A stretch of DNA of 64,000 nucleotides from Dehalococcoidia bacterium (GTDB lineage Bacteria > Chloroflexota > Dehalococcoidia > DSTF01 > JACRBR01): the NCBI GenBank assembly GCA_021462855.1, contig JAJTXQ010000021.1:1430-65429 (forward strand). Direction: 5' to 3'. The stretch's first letter is position 1. Each line of letters starts with the position of its first letter. The translations under genes were made by a program, and so were the position numbers. Under the pieces are notes generated by a model. That model was not told the DNA's origin, did not search any database, and worked only from the letters and a program-made list of their open reading frames with translations. Positions 10,927 through 20,837 of the stretch are shown here, piece by piece.

Positions 10927-13244
10927 TCCGCGCAGCGGTCCGCAAGGCCATGGCCGATGCACGCGCGCGGCGCCTTCAGGCGTTTCTGCTCTTCCTCGTC
11001 ATCTCCGCTGCCGCCGCCACGCTGATGCTCGCGCTCACCGTGCGTTCGAGCGCGAGCGAGCCATTCGAGCGCACGGTCCGCGAGATGAACTCCGCGCACC
11101 TGTGGATCACGTCTTCGAACCCGGACGTGGACCTCAACACCCTCGCGGCGCTGCCCGGCGTACGAGCGACATCCGGGCCGTACCCGCAACTGTGGGCAGG
11201 CTATTCGATCAGCAACAGCGAGAAGAAGCAGCAGCTGTACCTCGTCGGGATGGATGAGCAACTGCCCGAGGTCGACCACCCGGCGATCACCGACGGGCGC
11301 TGGCTCCGCGCGAGCGGCGAGCCGGAGATCGTGATCGACCGCGGCGCCGCGCTCCGCATGGGCGTCGAGGCCGGCGACCGCGTCGACTTGCTCGTGGACG
11401 AACGCACGGTGCCGCTCGTGGTCGCAGGGCTCGCCGTCCCGACAGGCCGCGCGCCCGTGCCAGTTGCCGAGGAGGGACTCGCATACGTGCTGCGCGACAC
11501 GTTGCAAGCGATCGTGCCGGGCGGGCGCGTCGGCTCGCCGCAGTTCTACCACGAGCGCATCGGCATCCAGCTCACGGACGACAGCGCCGCCCCCGCGTTC
11601 CTCGCGGCCGCCGAGCCGCTGCTCGCGCGGGATGGCGTCCGGTTGCTCGACACGCGCGCCGACATCGCCGCGGACGTCGAGGACGCGAACATGTTCGACG
11701 TGATCTTCCTCGGCGTGTTCAGCATCTTCGCGCTGTTCGCGGCCGGCATCATCATCGCCAACGTGATGGCCGGGCAGATCCTGTCGCAGCGGCGTGACAT
11801 CGGCCTGCTGAAGGCGCTCGGGTTCACGCCCCTGCAAGTGACGCTCGTCTTCCTCGCCGAGTCGCTCGCGCTCGCGCTCGCCGCGTCCATCGCCGGCGTC
11901 GGCGCCGGGCTCGCGATCGCCCCGTTCTTCCTCAACCGCACCGCGGAACTGCTCGGCGTCACGTCAGCGCCCGTGGTTGAACTCATGCCCATCGCGATCA
12001 CCTGCGTGGCGGTGCTCGGCGTTGTTGCGCTGTTCACGGCCGTCCCCGCGTGGAACGCGGGACGCGGAAGCGCCGTGCGCGCGCTGGCGCGGACGGGCAA
12101 GGGTGGCGCGCGCCGGTCGCTCATTGGCGCGCTCGCGGCGCGGCTGCGCCTGCCCGTCGTCGTGGTCCTCGGCGTCAAGGATCTGTCGTCGCACCCCGCC
12201 CGCGCGGTCGCAACCATGCTGGCGCTCACGCTCGGCGTCATCACGGCGACGTTCACGCTCGGCATCGAGGCCACGTTCGGCACGGCGATGCGCGACCCGG
12301 CGAGCATCGGCGGCGCACCGGCCGACCTCGTCGTCGACCGCGACCGCTACGATCCCGACGCCGCCGTCTCGCTGCTCCAATCGCGCCCGGAGATCGAAAG
12401 CTACATCGTCCGCACCGACGTCGATGCGGCCTACGGCGAGGAAGACATCGACCTGCACGGACTGGAGGGCGACCTCGAGCGCGGGGGCTGGGTATTCGTC
12501 GCCGGCCGCATGATCGCCGCGCCCGGCGAAGTCGCCATCGGCCAGAACATGGCCGCGGATCTCGGACTCGACATCGGCGACCGCGTGTCGATCACGCTGC
12601 CTGAATCGGACACGACGCTCGGCCTGCAGGTCGTCGGCCGCTACCTGGAGTTGGACGAGAACGTGATGCTCGTGTCGAGCGAGATGCTGCCAGCCCGGTA
12701 CCTGCCGACGGACTACTACATCAACACCGTGCAAGGGACCGACAACGGCGCGTTTCGCCGTGAGCTCTTGCGAGCGTCCGGCGGCAACTTCGACCCGGAG
12801 GTGATGTCCGAGACGACGGCGGCGTTCCGCCGCCAGTTGCGCGGCGTCATCCTCCCGCTGAACGGCGTGTTATTCGCGATCGCGGCGGTGAACCTGCTGT
12901 CCACGCTGCTCCTCGGTATCCGCGAGAGCCAGCGTGACTATGCCGTGATGAAGACGCTGGGCCTGACGCCCGGGCAGATCGCGGCGAGCGTGTTCGCAGG
13001 CGGCGCGCTGCTCGGCGTTGCGGCGGTGATCGTGGGGATCCCGCTCGGCCTCGCCGTCACAACCGTGATCTTCGATGGCATGTCGAAGGCGGTGGACGTC
13101 GGCGCGAGCGTCGGCACGATGCCGTCCGCGGCATCGCTGCTGCTGATCGTGCCGGGCGCGATCGCGCTGGCGGCCGTGGGCAGCATGTTGCCCGCGCGCG
13201 CCGCCGCGTCCATCCGCCCGACCGACGCGCTCCGCTACGAATAG
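10923..13244 (+). CDS. ABC transporter permease, MacB-like with two FtsX domains and large periplasmic domains
   Basis: 773 aa. Two blocks of 4-TM FtsX-like segments, each preceded by a long extracytoplasmic domain. ATGA overlap with the upstream ATPase. Confidence 0.75.
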   Translation: MIRAAVRKAMADARARRLQAFLLFLVISAAAATLMLALTVRSSASEPFERTVREMNSAHLWITSSNPDVDLNTLAALPGVRATSGPYPQLWAGYSISNSEKKQQLYLVGMDEQLPEVDHPAITDGRWLRASGEPEIVIDRGAALRMGVEAGDRVDLLVDERTVPLVVAGLAVPTGRAPVPVAEEGLAYVLRDTLQAIVPGGRVGSPQFYHERIGIQLTDDSAAPAFLAAAEPLLARDGVRLLDTRADIAADVEDANMFDVIFLGVFSIFALFAAGIIIANVMAGQILSQRRDIGLLKALGFTPLQVTLVFLAESLALALAASIAGVGAGLAIAPFFLNRTAELLGVTSAPVVELMPIAITCVAVLGVVALFTAVPAWNAGRGSAVRALARTGKGGARRSLIGALAARLRLPVVVVLGVKDLSSHPARAVATMLALTLGVITATFTLGIEATFGTAMRDPASIGGAPADLVVDRDRYDPDAAVSLLQSRPEIESYIVRTDVDAAYGEEDIDLHGLEGDLERGGWVFVAGRMIAAPGEVAIGQNMAADLGLDIGDRVSITLPESDTTLGLQVVGRYLELDENVMLVSSEMLPARYLPTDYYINTVQGTDNGAFRRELLRASGGNFDPEVMSETTAAFRRQLRGVILPLNGVLFAIAAVNLLSTLLLGIRESQRDYAVMKTLGLTPGQIAASVFAGGALLGVAAVIVGIPLGLAVTTVIFDGMSKAVDVGASVGTMPSAASLLLIVPGAIALAAVGSMLPARAAASIRPTDALRYE

Positions 13245-13364
13245 CGACAGCCCGCCCACCCGGTCGCCTCCGGGAGATGACCGCGGCACGGCGCCCGGCC
13301 GAACCTCATCCCCGCCTGTGCGCGTATCCTGTACGAGCGTTTCGTTTCGGGGAGGAGCGACACC

Positions 13365-14183
13365 ATGGAACATGACGATGTGATGCGCGGCCGCCTGCTC
13401 AGCCGCCGCGAACTGCTGGCAATCATGGGCGCGGCCGGACTGGCGTTGCTCGCCGGCTGCTCCGGCGACGGCGGCAACGATGGCGCCGCGCCGCCCACCC
13501 GCGCGGACAGCGCCGCGACGGCCGCGCTGAGCGCGGATCCCACGCGCCCGGCCGCCGCCGCGCAGGCGACCGTACCCGCGTGCATCGTCAGCCCCGAGAT
13601 GATGGAGGGGCCGTTCTTCGTCGATGAGAAGCTGCTCCGCTCCGACATCCGCTCCGACCCATCGGGCGGCGCCACGCGCGAGGGCGCGCCGCTCGGCCTG
13701 GTGCTCGTCGTGTCGGGCGTCGGCGGCGACGGCGCCTGCGCGCCGATCGAGCGCGCCGTCGTCGACATCTGGCAGTGCGACGCCGACGGCGTCTACTCCG
13801 ACGTCGACGATCCGGCGGGCGGCAGCACGAAGGGCCAGCGCTGGCTGCGCGGCCACCAGGTGACCGACGCATCGGGCACGGTGCGGTTCACGACGGTCTA
13901 CCCGGGGTGGTATCCCGGCCGGGCCACGCACATTCATTTCAAGGTGCGCACGGACCCGGACGCCGCGTCCGGCGCGGAGTTCACGTCCCAGCTGTTCTTC
14001 GATGACGCGCTGAGCGACGCCGTGCACAACAGCGGCGGCGCCTACGCGCCGCGCGGCGCCGCTGGCCGCGTCCGTAACGCCGATGACGGCATCTACCAGG
14101 GTGGCGGCGACCAGCTGCTGCTCGACGCGCGCCCGGCGGCCAGCGGCTACGCCGCCACATTCCACATCGGCATGCTGGTGTGA
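13365..14183 (+). CDS. Intradiol ring-cleavage dioxygenase family protein, Tat-signal lipoprotein
   Basis: GGGGAGGAG RBS. Twin-arginine plus lipobox (SRRELLAIMGAAGLALLAGCSG). Intradiol dioxygenase core motifs (VDIWQCDADGVYS, THIHFKV). Confidence 0.7.
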   Translation: MEHDDVMRGRLLSRRELLAIMGAAGLALLAGCSGDGGNDGAAPPTRADSAATAALSADPTRPAAAAQATVPACIVSPEMMEGPFFVDEKLLRSDIRSDPSGGATREGAPLGLVLVVSGVGGDGACAPIERAVVDIWQCDADGVYSDVDDPAGGSTKGQRWLRGHQVTDASGTVRFTTVYPGWYPGRATHIHFKVRTDPDAASGAEFTSQLFFDDALSDAVHNSGGAYAPRGAAGRVRNADDGIYQGGGDQLLLDARPAASGYAATFHIGMLV

Positions 14184-14229
14184 CACGCGGCGCCGATTCG
14201 TGCCGATCGGCCCCTTGTGCCTGAAGATC

Positions 14230-14254
14230 GATAGCGGACAATACGTCCGCTATC
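14230..14254. promoter_or_regulatory. Perfect inverted repeat GATAGCGGAC-N5-GTCCGCTATC. Candidate operator of the HTH-PBP regulator/modABC operon.
   Basis: Perfect 10-bp arms with a 5-nt spacer, 17 nt upstream of a GAGGG Shine-Dalgarno and the GTG start of the regulator. Confidence 0.5.
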
Positions 14255-14271
14255 AGATTGAGGGCGACCTG

Positions 14272-15399
14272 GTGGGCCGTCGCACGACTGCGCCGAAACT
14301 CGAAAACCACGTCAAGGAGGCGCGGCTCAACGCGGGCCTCTCGCAACAGGAGCTCGCCGACCGGACGGGCCTGACCCGCCAGGCCGTGAACTCGATCGAG
14401 GCGGGACGCTACCTGCCGAATACCGCGGTTTCACTCCAGCTCGCCCGCGCCCTCGACACGACGGTGGAACGCCTCTTCACGCTCGACGCGCCCACCGGCG
14501 TGACGCCGTCCGTCGCGTTGCCGGACGGCGTGCGACACGGCGACCGCGTCGTCGTGGGGCGCGTCGGCGCGCGGCTCGTCGCCCACCCCGTCGCCGCGCC
14601 GGCCACGTCGGACGGCTTCGCGAGCGCCGATGGCGTCGTCGTCGATGATGCCAACATCCGCCTGCTCGTGCCCGCCGCGCAGGTGGAAAAGACCGCGTTC
14701 CTCGTGGGGTGCGATCCGAGCCTCGAGATGCTGGCGACGCTCGTTACGCGGCGGGCGCGCGGAAGCGCCCGTCTCCTGTGGGTGCCCGGGTCGAGCAAAG
14801 ACGCCATCGATGCGCTCGCGAACGCGTCCGCGCACATCGGCGGAATCCACCTGCGCGAAGAGGCGAGCGGCGAGTTCAACGTCCCGCAGGCGACGCGGGC
14901 GCTCGAGCGGTCAGGCGGCATGCTGATCGCCTACGCGGACTGGGAACAGGGGTTCGTGCTGCGCAGCGGCAATCCCCGCAAGCTCAGCGGCGCGGACAGC
15001 CTCGCCGGGCGCGGCGTCCGCATCGTGAACCGCGAGCCGGGCGCCGGGAGCCGTCTGCTGCTGGACAGCATGCTGAGCGCCGCCTGCATCGACCCTGCGC
15101 GCATCGCCGGCTACGACCACGTCGTGCGCAGCCACATGGCGGTAGCGCGCGCCGTGGCCGGCGGGACCGCCGACACGGGCATCGCCATCCGCGCCGTCGC
15201 GTCGGCGCTCGAGCTCGACTTCCTGCCGCTCATGCATGCCAGGTTCGACCTGGTCATCCCGGCGACACATCTCGACCATCCGGCGATCGACCTGCTGCTC
15301 GAGGTCTTGCAGGCTGCCGCGCTGCGCGCCGAGCTCGGCGCTCTGCCCGGGTACGGCACGGCGGAGACGGGCGCGGTGCGCGCCACGGTTGCGGTATGA
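14272..15399 (+). CDS. XRE-family HTH fused to a PBP-like (ModA/TOBE-related, COG1910-type) domain. Putative molybdate/tungstate-responsive regulator.
   Basis: GTG start with GAGGG 6 nt upstream. HTH (LSQQELADRTGLTRQAVNSIEAGRYLPN) followed by a roughly 300-aa periplasmic-binding-protein-like domain. modA follows immediately. Confidence 0.65.
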   Translation: MGRRTTAPKLENHVKEARLNAGLSQQELADRTGLTRQAVNSIEAGRYLPNTAVSLQLARALDTTVERLFTLDAPTGVTPSVALPDGVRHGDRVVVGRVGARLVAHPVAAPATSDGFASADGVVVDDANIRLLVPAAQVEKTAFLVGCDPSLEMLATLVTRRARGSARLLWVPGSSKDAIDALANASAHIGGIHLREEASGEFNVPQATRALERSGGMLIAYADWEQGFVLRSGNPRKLSGADSLAGRGVRIVNREPGAGSRLLLDSMLSAACIDPARIAGYDHVVRSHMAVARAVAGGTADTGIAIRAVASALELDFLPLMHARFDLVIPATHLDHPAIDLLLEVLQAAALRAELGALPGYGTAETGAVRATVAV

Positions 15400-15432
15400 G
15401 ACGTCAATCATGTCACTGACAAGGAGCACGCA

Positions 15433-16305
15433 ATGAATCTATCGGTACGGTCGCTTCGCAACGCCGCGGCCGGCTTGCTCCTGGTGGCGGCCATGGCGCT
15501 GGCCGCGGCGTGCCGCGGCGACGGCGACTCGCCGTCGCCCACGTCGACGACCGCCGCCCCGACCGCCGCATCAGCCGCGGCCCGGCTCGACGGCGAGCTG
15601 ACGGTGTTCGCGGCCGCGTCGCTCACGGCGGCGTTCAAGGACGTTGGCGCGGCGTTCGAGGACGCGAACTCCGGCGTGGACGTGACATTCAACTTCGCCG
15701 GCAGCCCCGCGCTGCGCACGCAGGTGGAGGAAGGCGCGCCGGCCGATGTCCTGGCGCTGGCCGACAACAAGAACATGCAGGCGGCGCTCGACAAGAAACT
15801 CGTCGCCCAAGCCTGGCGCACGTTCGCGCGCAACCGGCTCGTGATCGCCGTCCCGTCGGCGAACCCCGGCGAGATTTCCGCGCCGGTCGACCTCGCCAAC
15901 GGCGGACTGAAGCTGGTGCTGGCGCAGGAGGACGTGCCGGTGGGCAACTACGCCCGCGAGTCGCTCGGCAACATGGAAGCCGATGCCACGTTCGGCGCCG
16001 GCTTCCGCGACCGCGTGCTGGCCAACGTCGTGTCGAACGAGCCAAACGTCAAGGCGGTCGTGACGAAGGTCCAGCTCGGCGAGGCCGACGCCGGCATCGT
16101 CTACGCCACGGACATCACCGGAGACCTCAAGGGCACGGTGACGGCGATCCCGATTCCGGATGAGTTCAACGTGGTCGCGACGTATCCTGTTTCCGTCGTG
16201 TCGGACGCGAAGGAGCCGGAAATCGCCGCCGCCTTCATCGACTTCCTGTTGTCTGCCGCGGGTCAGGCCATCCTTGAAGAGCATGGATTCACCGGAGCGG
16301 AGTAA
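15433..16305 (+). CDS. modA: Molybdate ABC transporter substrate-binding lipoprotein
   Basis: AAGGAG RBS and a lipoprotein signal (LAAACRG). ModA-family motifs (FAAASLT, NFAGS, GEADAGIVY). Confidence 0.85.
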   Translation: MNLSVRSLRNAAAGLLLVAAMALAAACRGDGDSPSPTSTTAAPTAASAAARLDGELTVFAAASLTAAFKDVGAAFEDANSGVDVTFNFAGSPALRTQVEEGAPADVLALADNKNMQAALDKKLVAQAWRTFARNRLVIAVPSANPGEISAPVDLANGGLKLVLAQEDVPVGNYARESLGNMEADATFGAGFRDRVLANVVSNEPNVKAVVTKVQLGEADAGIVYATDITGDLKGTVTAIPIPDEFNVVATYPVSVVSDAKEPEIAAAFIDFLLSAAGQAILEEHGFTGAE

Positions 16306-17145
16306 ATGAGCGCCGGCGCGGTGTCCCGGCGAGGACGCGCGCGCGTGGTCGGGCTGGGCTGGGCGCTCGGCCCGCCCGCGCTGCTCGGCGTACTGTTCCT
16401 CGGCCTGCCGATCGCCGCGCTCGCATGGCGCGCCGGGCGCACCGGCGCCCTCGCCGAACACGCAACGTCGGCGTTCGTGCTCGACGCGCTCCGCCTGAGC
16501 GCGATCACCAGCACGTTCACGCTGCTGATCGCGGTGATCGTCGGGACGCCGCTCGCGTACCTGCTCGCGCGCTACCGCTTTCCCGGCAAGTGGCTCATCG
16601 ACGTGCTCATCGACCTGCCGATCGTGCTCCCGCCGACGGTTGCCGGCGTCGCGCTGCTCGTGACGCTCGGGCGCCGCGGGATCGTCGGTGAGCAGCTCGA
16701 CGCCGCCGGCATCGATATCGCCTTTACGACGACGGCGGTGGTGCTGGCGCAGACGTTCGTCGCGGCGCCCTTCTATATCCGCACCGCGAAGGCCGGCTTC
16801 GAGAGCGTGGACCCGTCACACGAGCGGCTCGCATGGACGCTGGGCGCATCACCGCTGCGCGCGTTCCGCGAGGTGACGCTGCCGCTCGCGTGGCCTTCGT
16901 TGCTCGCCGGCGGCATCCTCTGCTGGGCGCGCGCGCTGAGCGAGCTCGGCGCAACGCTGATCTTCGCTGGCAGCTTCCAGGGTCGCACCCAGACGATGCC
17001 GCTGGCGATCGTCGGCGCGTTCGAGTCCGGCAAGTCGGTCGAAGTGCCGATCGCGCTGTCCGTGATCCTCGTGTGCGCCGCGGCGGCGATGCTGGTGTTG
17101 CTGCGGCTGGTGACGGGCGGCGTCTCCCGGGACGCGCATGTTTAG
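16306..17145 (+). CDS. modB: Molybdate ABC transporter permease
   Basis: Starts 1 nt after the modA stop. Six TM segments. CysTW/ModB EAA-like loop (ARALSELGATLIFAG). Confidence 0.85.
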   Translation: MSAGAVSRRGRARVVGLGWALGPPALLGVLFLGLPIAALAWRAGRTGALAEHATSAFVLDALRLSAITSTFTLLIAVIVGTPLAYLLARYRFPGKWLIDVLIDLPIVLPPTVAGVALLVTLGRRGIVGEQLDAAGIDIAFTTTAVVLAQTFVAAPFYIRTAKAGFESVDPSHERLAWTLGASPLRAFREVTLPLAWPSLLAGGILCWARALSELGATLIFAGSFQGRTQTMPLAIVGAFESGKSVEVPIALSVILVCAAAAMLVLLRLVTGGVSRDAHV

Positions 17146-18238
17146 CGTTGACTTCACGCTTCGCCTTGGCGACTTCACACTCGCGCCCACTTTCAGCGGC
17201 GGCGACGAGCTGATCGTCCTGTGCGGGCCCTCCGGCTCGGGCAAGTCGCTGACGCTGCAGTCGGTCGCGGGCATCATGCGCCCCGATGAGGGCCGGATCG
17301 AAGTCGCCGGGCGCGCGCTCCTCGATCGCGCCGCCGGCATCGATGTGCCGGTGCAGGCGCGTCGCGTCGGATACGTGCCGCAGGGACAGACGATGTTCCC
17401 GCACATGACCGCGGCGCAGAACGTGGCGTTCGCCGTGCGCCCGGAGGACCGCGACCGCCGCCGCGCCATCGTCGCCGACCTGCTCGAGAAGACCGGGCTC
17501 ACGGGACTCGAGGACCGGCGGCCGCGGCAGCTGTCCGGCGGTCAGCAGCAACGTGTCGCGCTCGCCCGCGCGCTGGCGGCCGACCCGCGCATCCTGCTGC
17601 TCGACGAGCCGTTCAGCGCGCTCGACACGGCGCTCCACGGCGAACTGCGCGAGCTCATCGTGTCGGTGCAGGGCGCACGCGGCATCCCCGTGCTGATCGT
17701 CACGCACGACCTGGGCGATGCGTTCAGCCTCGGCGACCGGCTGATCGTCTTCGAGGCCGGGCGCGTGCTGCAGCAGGGCTCGCGCGAGGACATCTTCTTC
17801 CGCCCGGCGACGCGGCGCGTGGCGGAGCTCGTCGGCGCGCGCAACATCCTGCCGATGACGGTGCGCGGCATCGGCGACGGCGTCGTCGCGCTCGACTGGG
17901 CCGGCCGCGAGATCGCCGCCGCCATCTACGCCACGCACGACGCGCCGCCCGTCGCGACAGGCCAGCACGTCGAAGCTTCGATCCGGCCGACGCAGATCAT
18001 GATCCGAAGGCAGGGCGACACCTACGAAGGCCGCCGCAACGTCTTCCTCGCCACGATCGCCAGCGAGATCATGGGCGCCGAGTTCTATCGCCTGTTCGTG
18101 CGCATCGATGGCTCGCCCGCCGCGCACGACCTGGAGATCGAGCTGCCGGCCTACACGTACTTCCGGCTGGGGCTCGACCGGCACAAGGAGATCGAGCTCT
18201 CGATCCGGCCCGAGGCCGTGCACATCATGCACGGCTGA
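17138..18238 (+). CDS. modC: Molybdate ABC transporter ATP-binding protein with C-terminal TOBE domain
   Basis: Walker A (GPSGSGKS), signature (LSGGQQQRVALARA), Walker B (LLLDEPFSALD). C-terminal molybdate-binding TOBE-like region. Confidence 0.85.
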   Translation: MFSVDFTLRLGDFTLAPTFSGGDELIVLCGPSGSGKSLTLQSVAGIMRPDEGRIEVAGRALLDRAAGIDVPVQARRVGYVPQGQTMFPHMTAAQNVAFAVRPEDRDRRRAIVADLLEKTGLTGLEDRRPRQLSGGQQQRVALARALAADPRILLLDEPFSALDTALHGELRELIVSVQGARGIPVLIVTHDLGDAFSLGDRLIVFEAGRVLQQGSREDIFFRPATRRVAELVGARNILPMTVRGIGDGVVALDWAGREIAAAIYATHDAPPVATGQHVEASIRPTQIMIRRQGDTYEGRRNVFLATIASEIMGAEFYRLFVRIDGSPAAHDLEIELPAYTYFRLGLDRHKEIELSIRPEAVHIMHG

Positions 18239-18240
18239 GG

Positions 18241-19653
18241 TCAGCGCGGGTCGATCGGCGCGACCGGCGGCAAGCGCTCCTCGATCGCGCGCGCCGCGGC
18301 GAGGCACGTGTCCTCCCGGTAGCGCCGGCCGATGATCTGCACGCCCTGCGGCAGGCCGCCGGCGAGCCCGGCCGGCATGGCGACGGACGGCAGCCCGAGC
18401 AGGTTCACCGTAACGGTCAGCCGCAGCAACTTCATCCCCGCGCCGAACTCGGCGCGCCCGGCGATGTCGAAGCCGGCGGGAAACGGCTGTTGCGTGCCGA
18501 CCGGCCCGAGCGCCAGCGGATAGCGCTCGGCGAACACGCTCCAGGCGCGCGCGATGCTGTTGCGCGTCTCCCACGCCTGCACGTAACCGGCAAGGTCGAG
18601 CGCGGGCACTGTCTCGAACGCAAGCTGCAGGAACGCCTTCGCGCCATCCGACGCGAGCGGTTCGAGCAGCGGGTAGGTCACCGCCCGCAGCTCGGTCACC
18701 ACCAGCGTCGAGTAGAGGTCGCGGGCCTCGGCGACCATCGGAAAGTCGACCTCCTCGACGGCGTAGCCCGCGTCGGCGAGCGCGCCGGCGGCCCGCCGCA
18801 CGCCGGCCGCCACGTCCGGGTCGACGCCTTCGCCCGCCGGATCGGCGCACACCGCGACACGCACGGGCGCATCGAGCGGCGGGCCTTCGAGCTGCGCCGG
18901 CGTCCACCACGGGTCACGCGCGTCGGCCGCGGTCATGATCGCGAACGCCGTTGCCAGGTCGTCCGCACGCCGCGCCATCGGGCCATGCACGGAAAAGAGC
19001 TGCGCCGTCATCGTGCCGTCCTCGGGCGGGATCGCGGCGAACCGCGGGACGCGTCCGAGCGTCGGCCGCAGCGACATGACGCCGCACGCCTGCGCCGGCC
19101 AGCGCAGCGAGCCGCCGTAGTCGTTGCCCATGCCGAGCGCGGACATGCCGCAGGCGAGCGCGGCGGCATCGCCGCCCGATGATCCTCCGGGCGTGCGCGC
19201 GGCGTCCCACGGGTTGAGCGTGGCGCCGCGCAGCGCGTTATCGGTGTGGAAACGCAGGCCCACGTCAGGCATGTTCGTACGGCCGATGACGATAGCGCCG
19301 GCACCCTTGAGCTTCGCGATGTGCGGCGCGTCGGTCGCCGGCACGGCGTCCTTCAGCACGACGAGCCCGTTCGTCGTCGCACTCCCGGCGACGTCGATGT
19401 TCTCCTTGACCGTCATCGGCACGCCCAGCAGCGGGCCGGCGTCGCCGCCCGCGGCGAGCGCGCGGTCCGCCGCGTCGGCCGCCGCGATGGCGTCGTCTGC
19501 CAGCGTGACCGTCACCGCGTTGACGCGCGGGTTCACCTCCGCGATCCGCGCAAGGTGCGCCTCGACCACCTCGCGCGCCGAGATCGCCCTCGCGCGAACC
19601 GCCGCGGCGAGCTGCCCCGCGCCCATGCGCCACGGCGCTCCGTCGTATGCCAT
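18241..19653 (-). CDS. Amidase (amidase-signature family, GatA-like)
   Basis: AAGGAG RBS 8 nt upstream of the ATG (MAYDGAPW). AS-family GGSSGG motif plus the catalytic Ser-cisSer-Lys context. The longer upstream ORF extension is spurious. Confidence 0.8.
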   Translation of the reverse strand: MAYDGAPWRMGAGQLAAAVRARAISAREVVEAHLARIAEVNPRVNAVTVTLADDAIAAADAADRALAAGGDAGPLLGVPMTVKENIDVAGSATTNGLVVLKDAVPATDAPHIAKLKGAGAIVIGRTNMPDVGLRFHTDNALRGATLNPWDAARTPGGSSGGDAAALACGMSALGMGNDYGGSLRWPAQACGVMSLRPTLGRVPRFAAIPPEDGTMTAQLFSVHGPMARRADDLATAFAIMTAADARDPWWTPAQLEGPPLDAPVRVAVCADPAGEGVDPDVAAGVRRAAGALADAGYAVEEVDFPMVAEARDLYSTLVVTELRAVTYPLLEPLASDGAKAFLQLAFETVPALDLAGYVQAWETRNSIARAWSVFAERYPLALGPVGTQQPFPAGFDIAGRAEFGAGMKLLRLTVTVNLLGLPSVAMPAGLAGGLPQGVQIIGRRYREDTCLAAARAIEERLPPVAPIDPR

Positions 19654-19658
19654 TGTCC

Positions 19659-20837
19659 CTACTCCTTCATGTGCGCGGCGCGATAGCGCGCGAACCGCGC
19701 ATCCACTTCCGCGTCCGTGAGCCCGAAGTCCGCCAGCTCGTACCGGTGCGCCGGGCGGCGCTCGCCCGACGCGCTCTCCTCGTGCATCGTGATCATCGCA
19801 GCGCGTGCATCGGGCGCAAGCCCGGCGCCGGCGCGCTCGTAGATCCGCGCGACCGTCGCCAGGGGGTCGGCGACAAAGTCCTCGTACCGCACATCGATGA
19901 ACTGCCCGGCATCGAACCGCGCGCGGTCTTCCATGAACAGGTCGGCGCCTCGCGCCCACAGCTCGAGCTGCCAGCGGCCGGCGGCGGCGCCCGTGAACAT
20001 CGCCGATTGCCCGGCGGTGGCCCGCGTCGTCAGGCTGCTGACCGAGGCGATGACGCTCCGCGGCTCGCGGTGCGTCTGCACGATGATGGCGTCCGGGTAG
20101 GCGGCCAGCAGCGCGGGTAGCGCGAACATGTGGCTCGGGTTCTTCAGCACCCAGCGGCGCCCGCCGTCGTGCAGCCCGATCACCTGGAGATTTCGCCGGT
20201 GCCGCCGGTACGCCTGCGTCCAGTCCTGCGCCGCGAGCCAGCGCGAGTACGCCGGGATGTGCGCCAGGCTCTCGAAGGACACCGACATCATCGATTGCTG
20301 CAGCAGCTGCCAGCACTCCTCGACCATGTCGGCCGACATGTAGTGCAACCCCATGAACTCGGGGTCCTCGACGTGGTGCCGCTCGTACCCCGCCTGGATG
20401 CGCCCGAAGATCGCGTTCTGCTCCCACGTCTCGCGCGGCGGCCGCGGCTGCGGCGCGACCGTCAGCCACATCTCGAGGCCCTGGTGCCGCGGGTCGGCGC
20501 ACAGAAGCCGGTGCAGCGCCGTCGTCCCCGTGCGCGGCAGCCCCGTCACGAAGATCGGCCGCTCGATCGCCACGCCCGCGTGCTCGGGGTGCGCGCGCCA
20601 TGCCGCCTCGCTCAGCTGCCGCGCGACGAGCGCGCCGCGCAGCATGCCGAACGTCACGCGGTTGCCGTGCGGCGTCAGCCCCGCCTCGTCGCGATACGAC
20701 GCGAGCAACACGGCAAGCGGCTCGCGGTATTCGCTGCCGCCGAAGCCGTCGAGGCCGGTGATCTTCCGCGCCGCCGCCTCCAGCTCCTCGACCGTGCCGG
20801 CGTCATCGCGTCCCGCCTTCGCCGGTTGGCCGGTCAC
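19659..20837 (-). CDS. Sulfotransferase family protein (Sulfotransfer_3-like, PAPS-dependent)
   Basis: GTG start overlapping the upstream stop (GTGA). 5'-PSB motif (GLPRTGTT) and 3'-PB-like region (RHRRNLQV...WVLKNPSH). Confidence 0.7.
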   Translation of the reverse strand: MTGQPAKAGRDDAGTVEELEAAARKITGLDGFGGSEYREPLAVLLASYRDEAGLTPHGNRVTFGMLRGALVARQLSEAAWRAHPEHAGVAIERPIFVTGLPRTGTTALHRLLCADPRHQGLEMWLTVAPQPRPPRETWEQNAIFGRIQAGYERHHVEDPEFMGLHYMSADMVEECWQLLQQSMMSVSFESLAHIPAYSRWLAAQDWTQAYRRHRRNLQVIGLHDGGRRWVLKNPSHMFALPALLAAYPDAIIVQTHREPRSVIASVSSLTTRATAGQSAMFTGAAAGRWQLELWARGADLFMEDRARFDAGQFIDVRYEDFVADPLATVARIYERAGAGLAPDARAAMITMHEESASGERRPAHRYELADFGLTDAEVDARFARYRAAHMKE

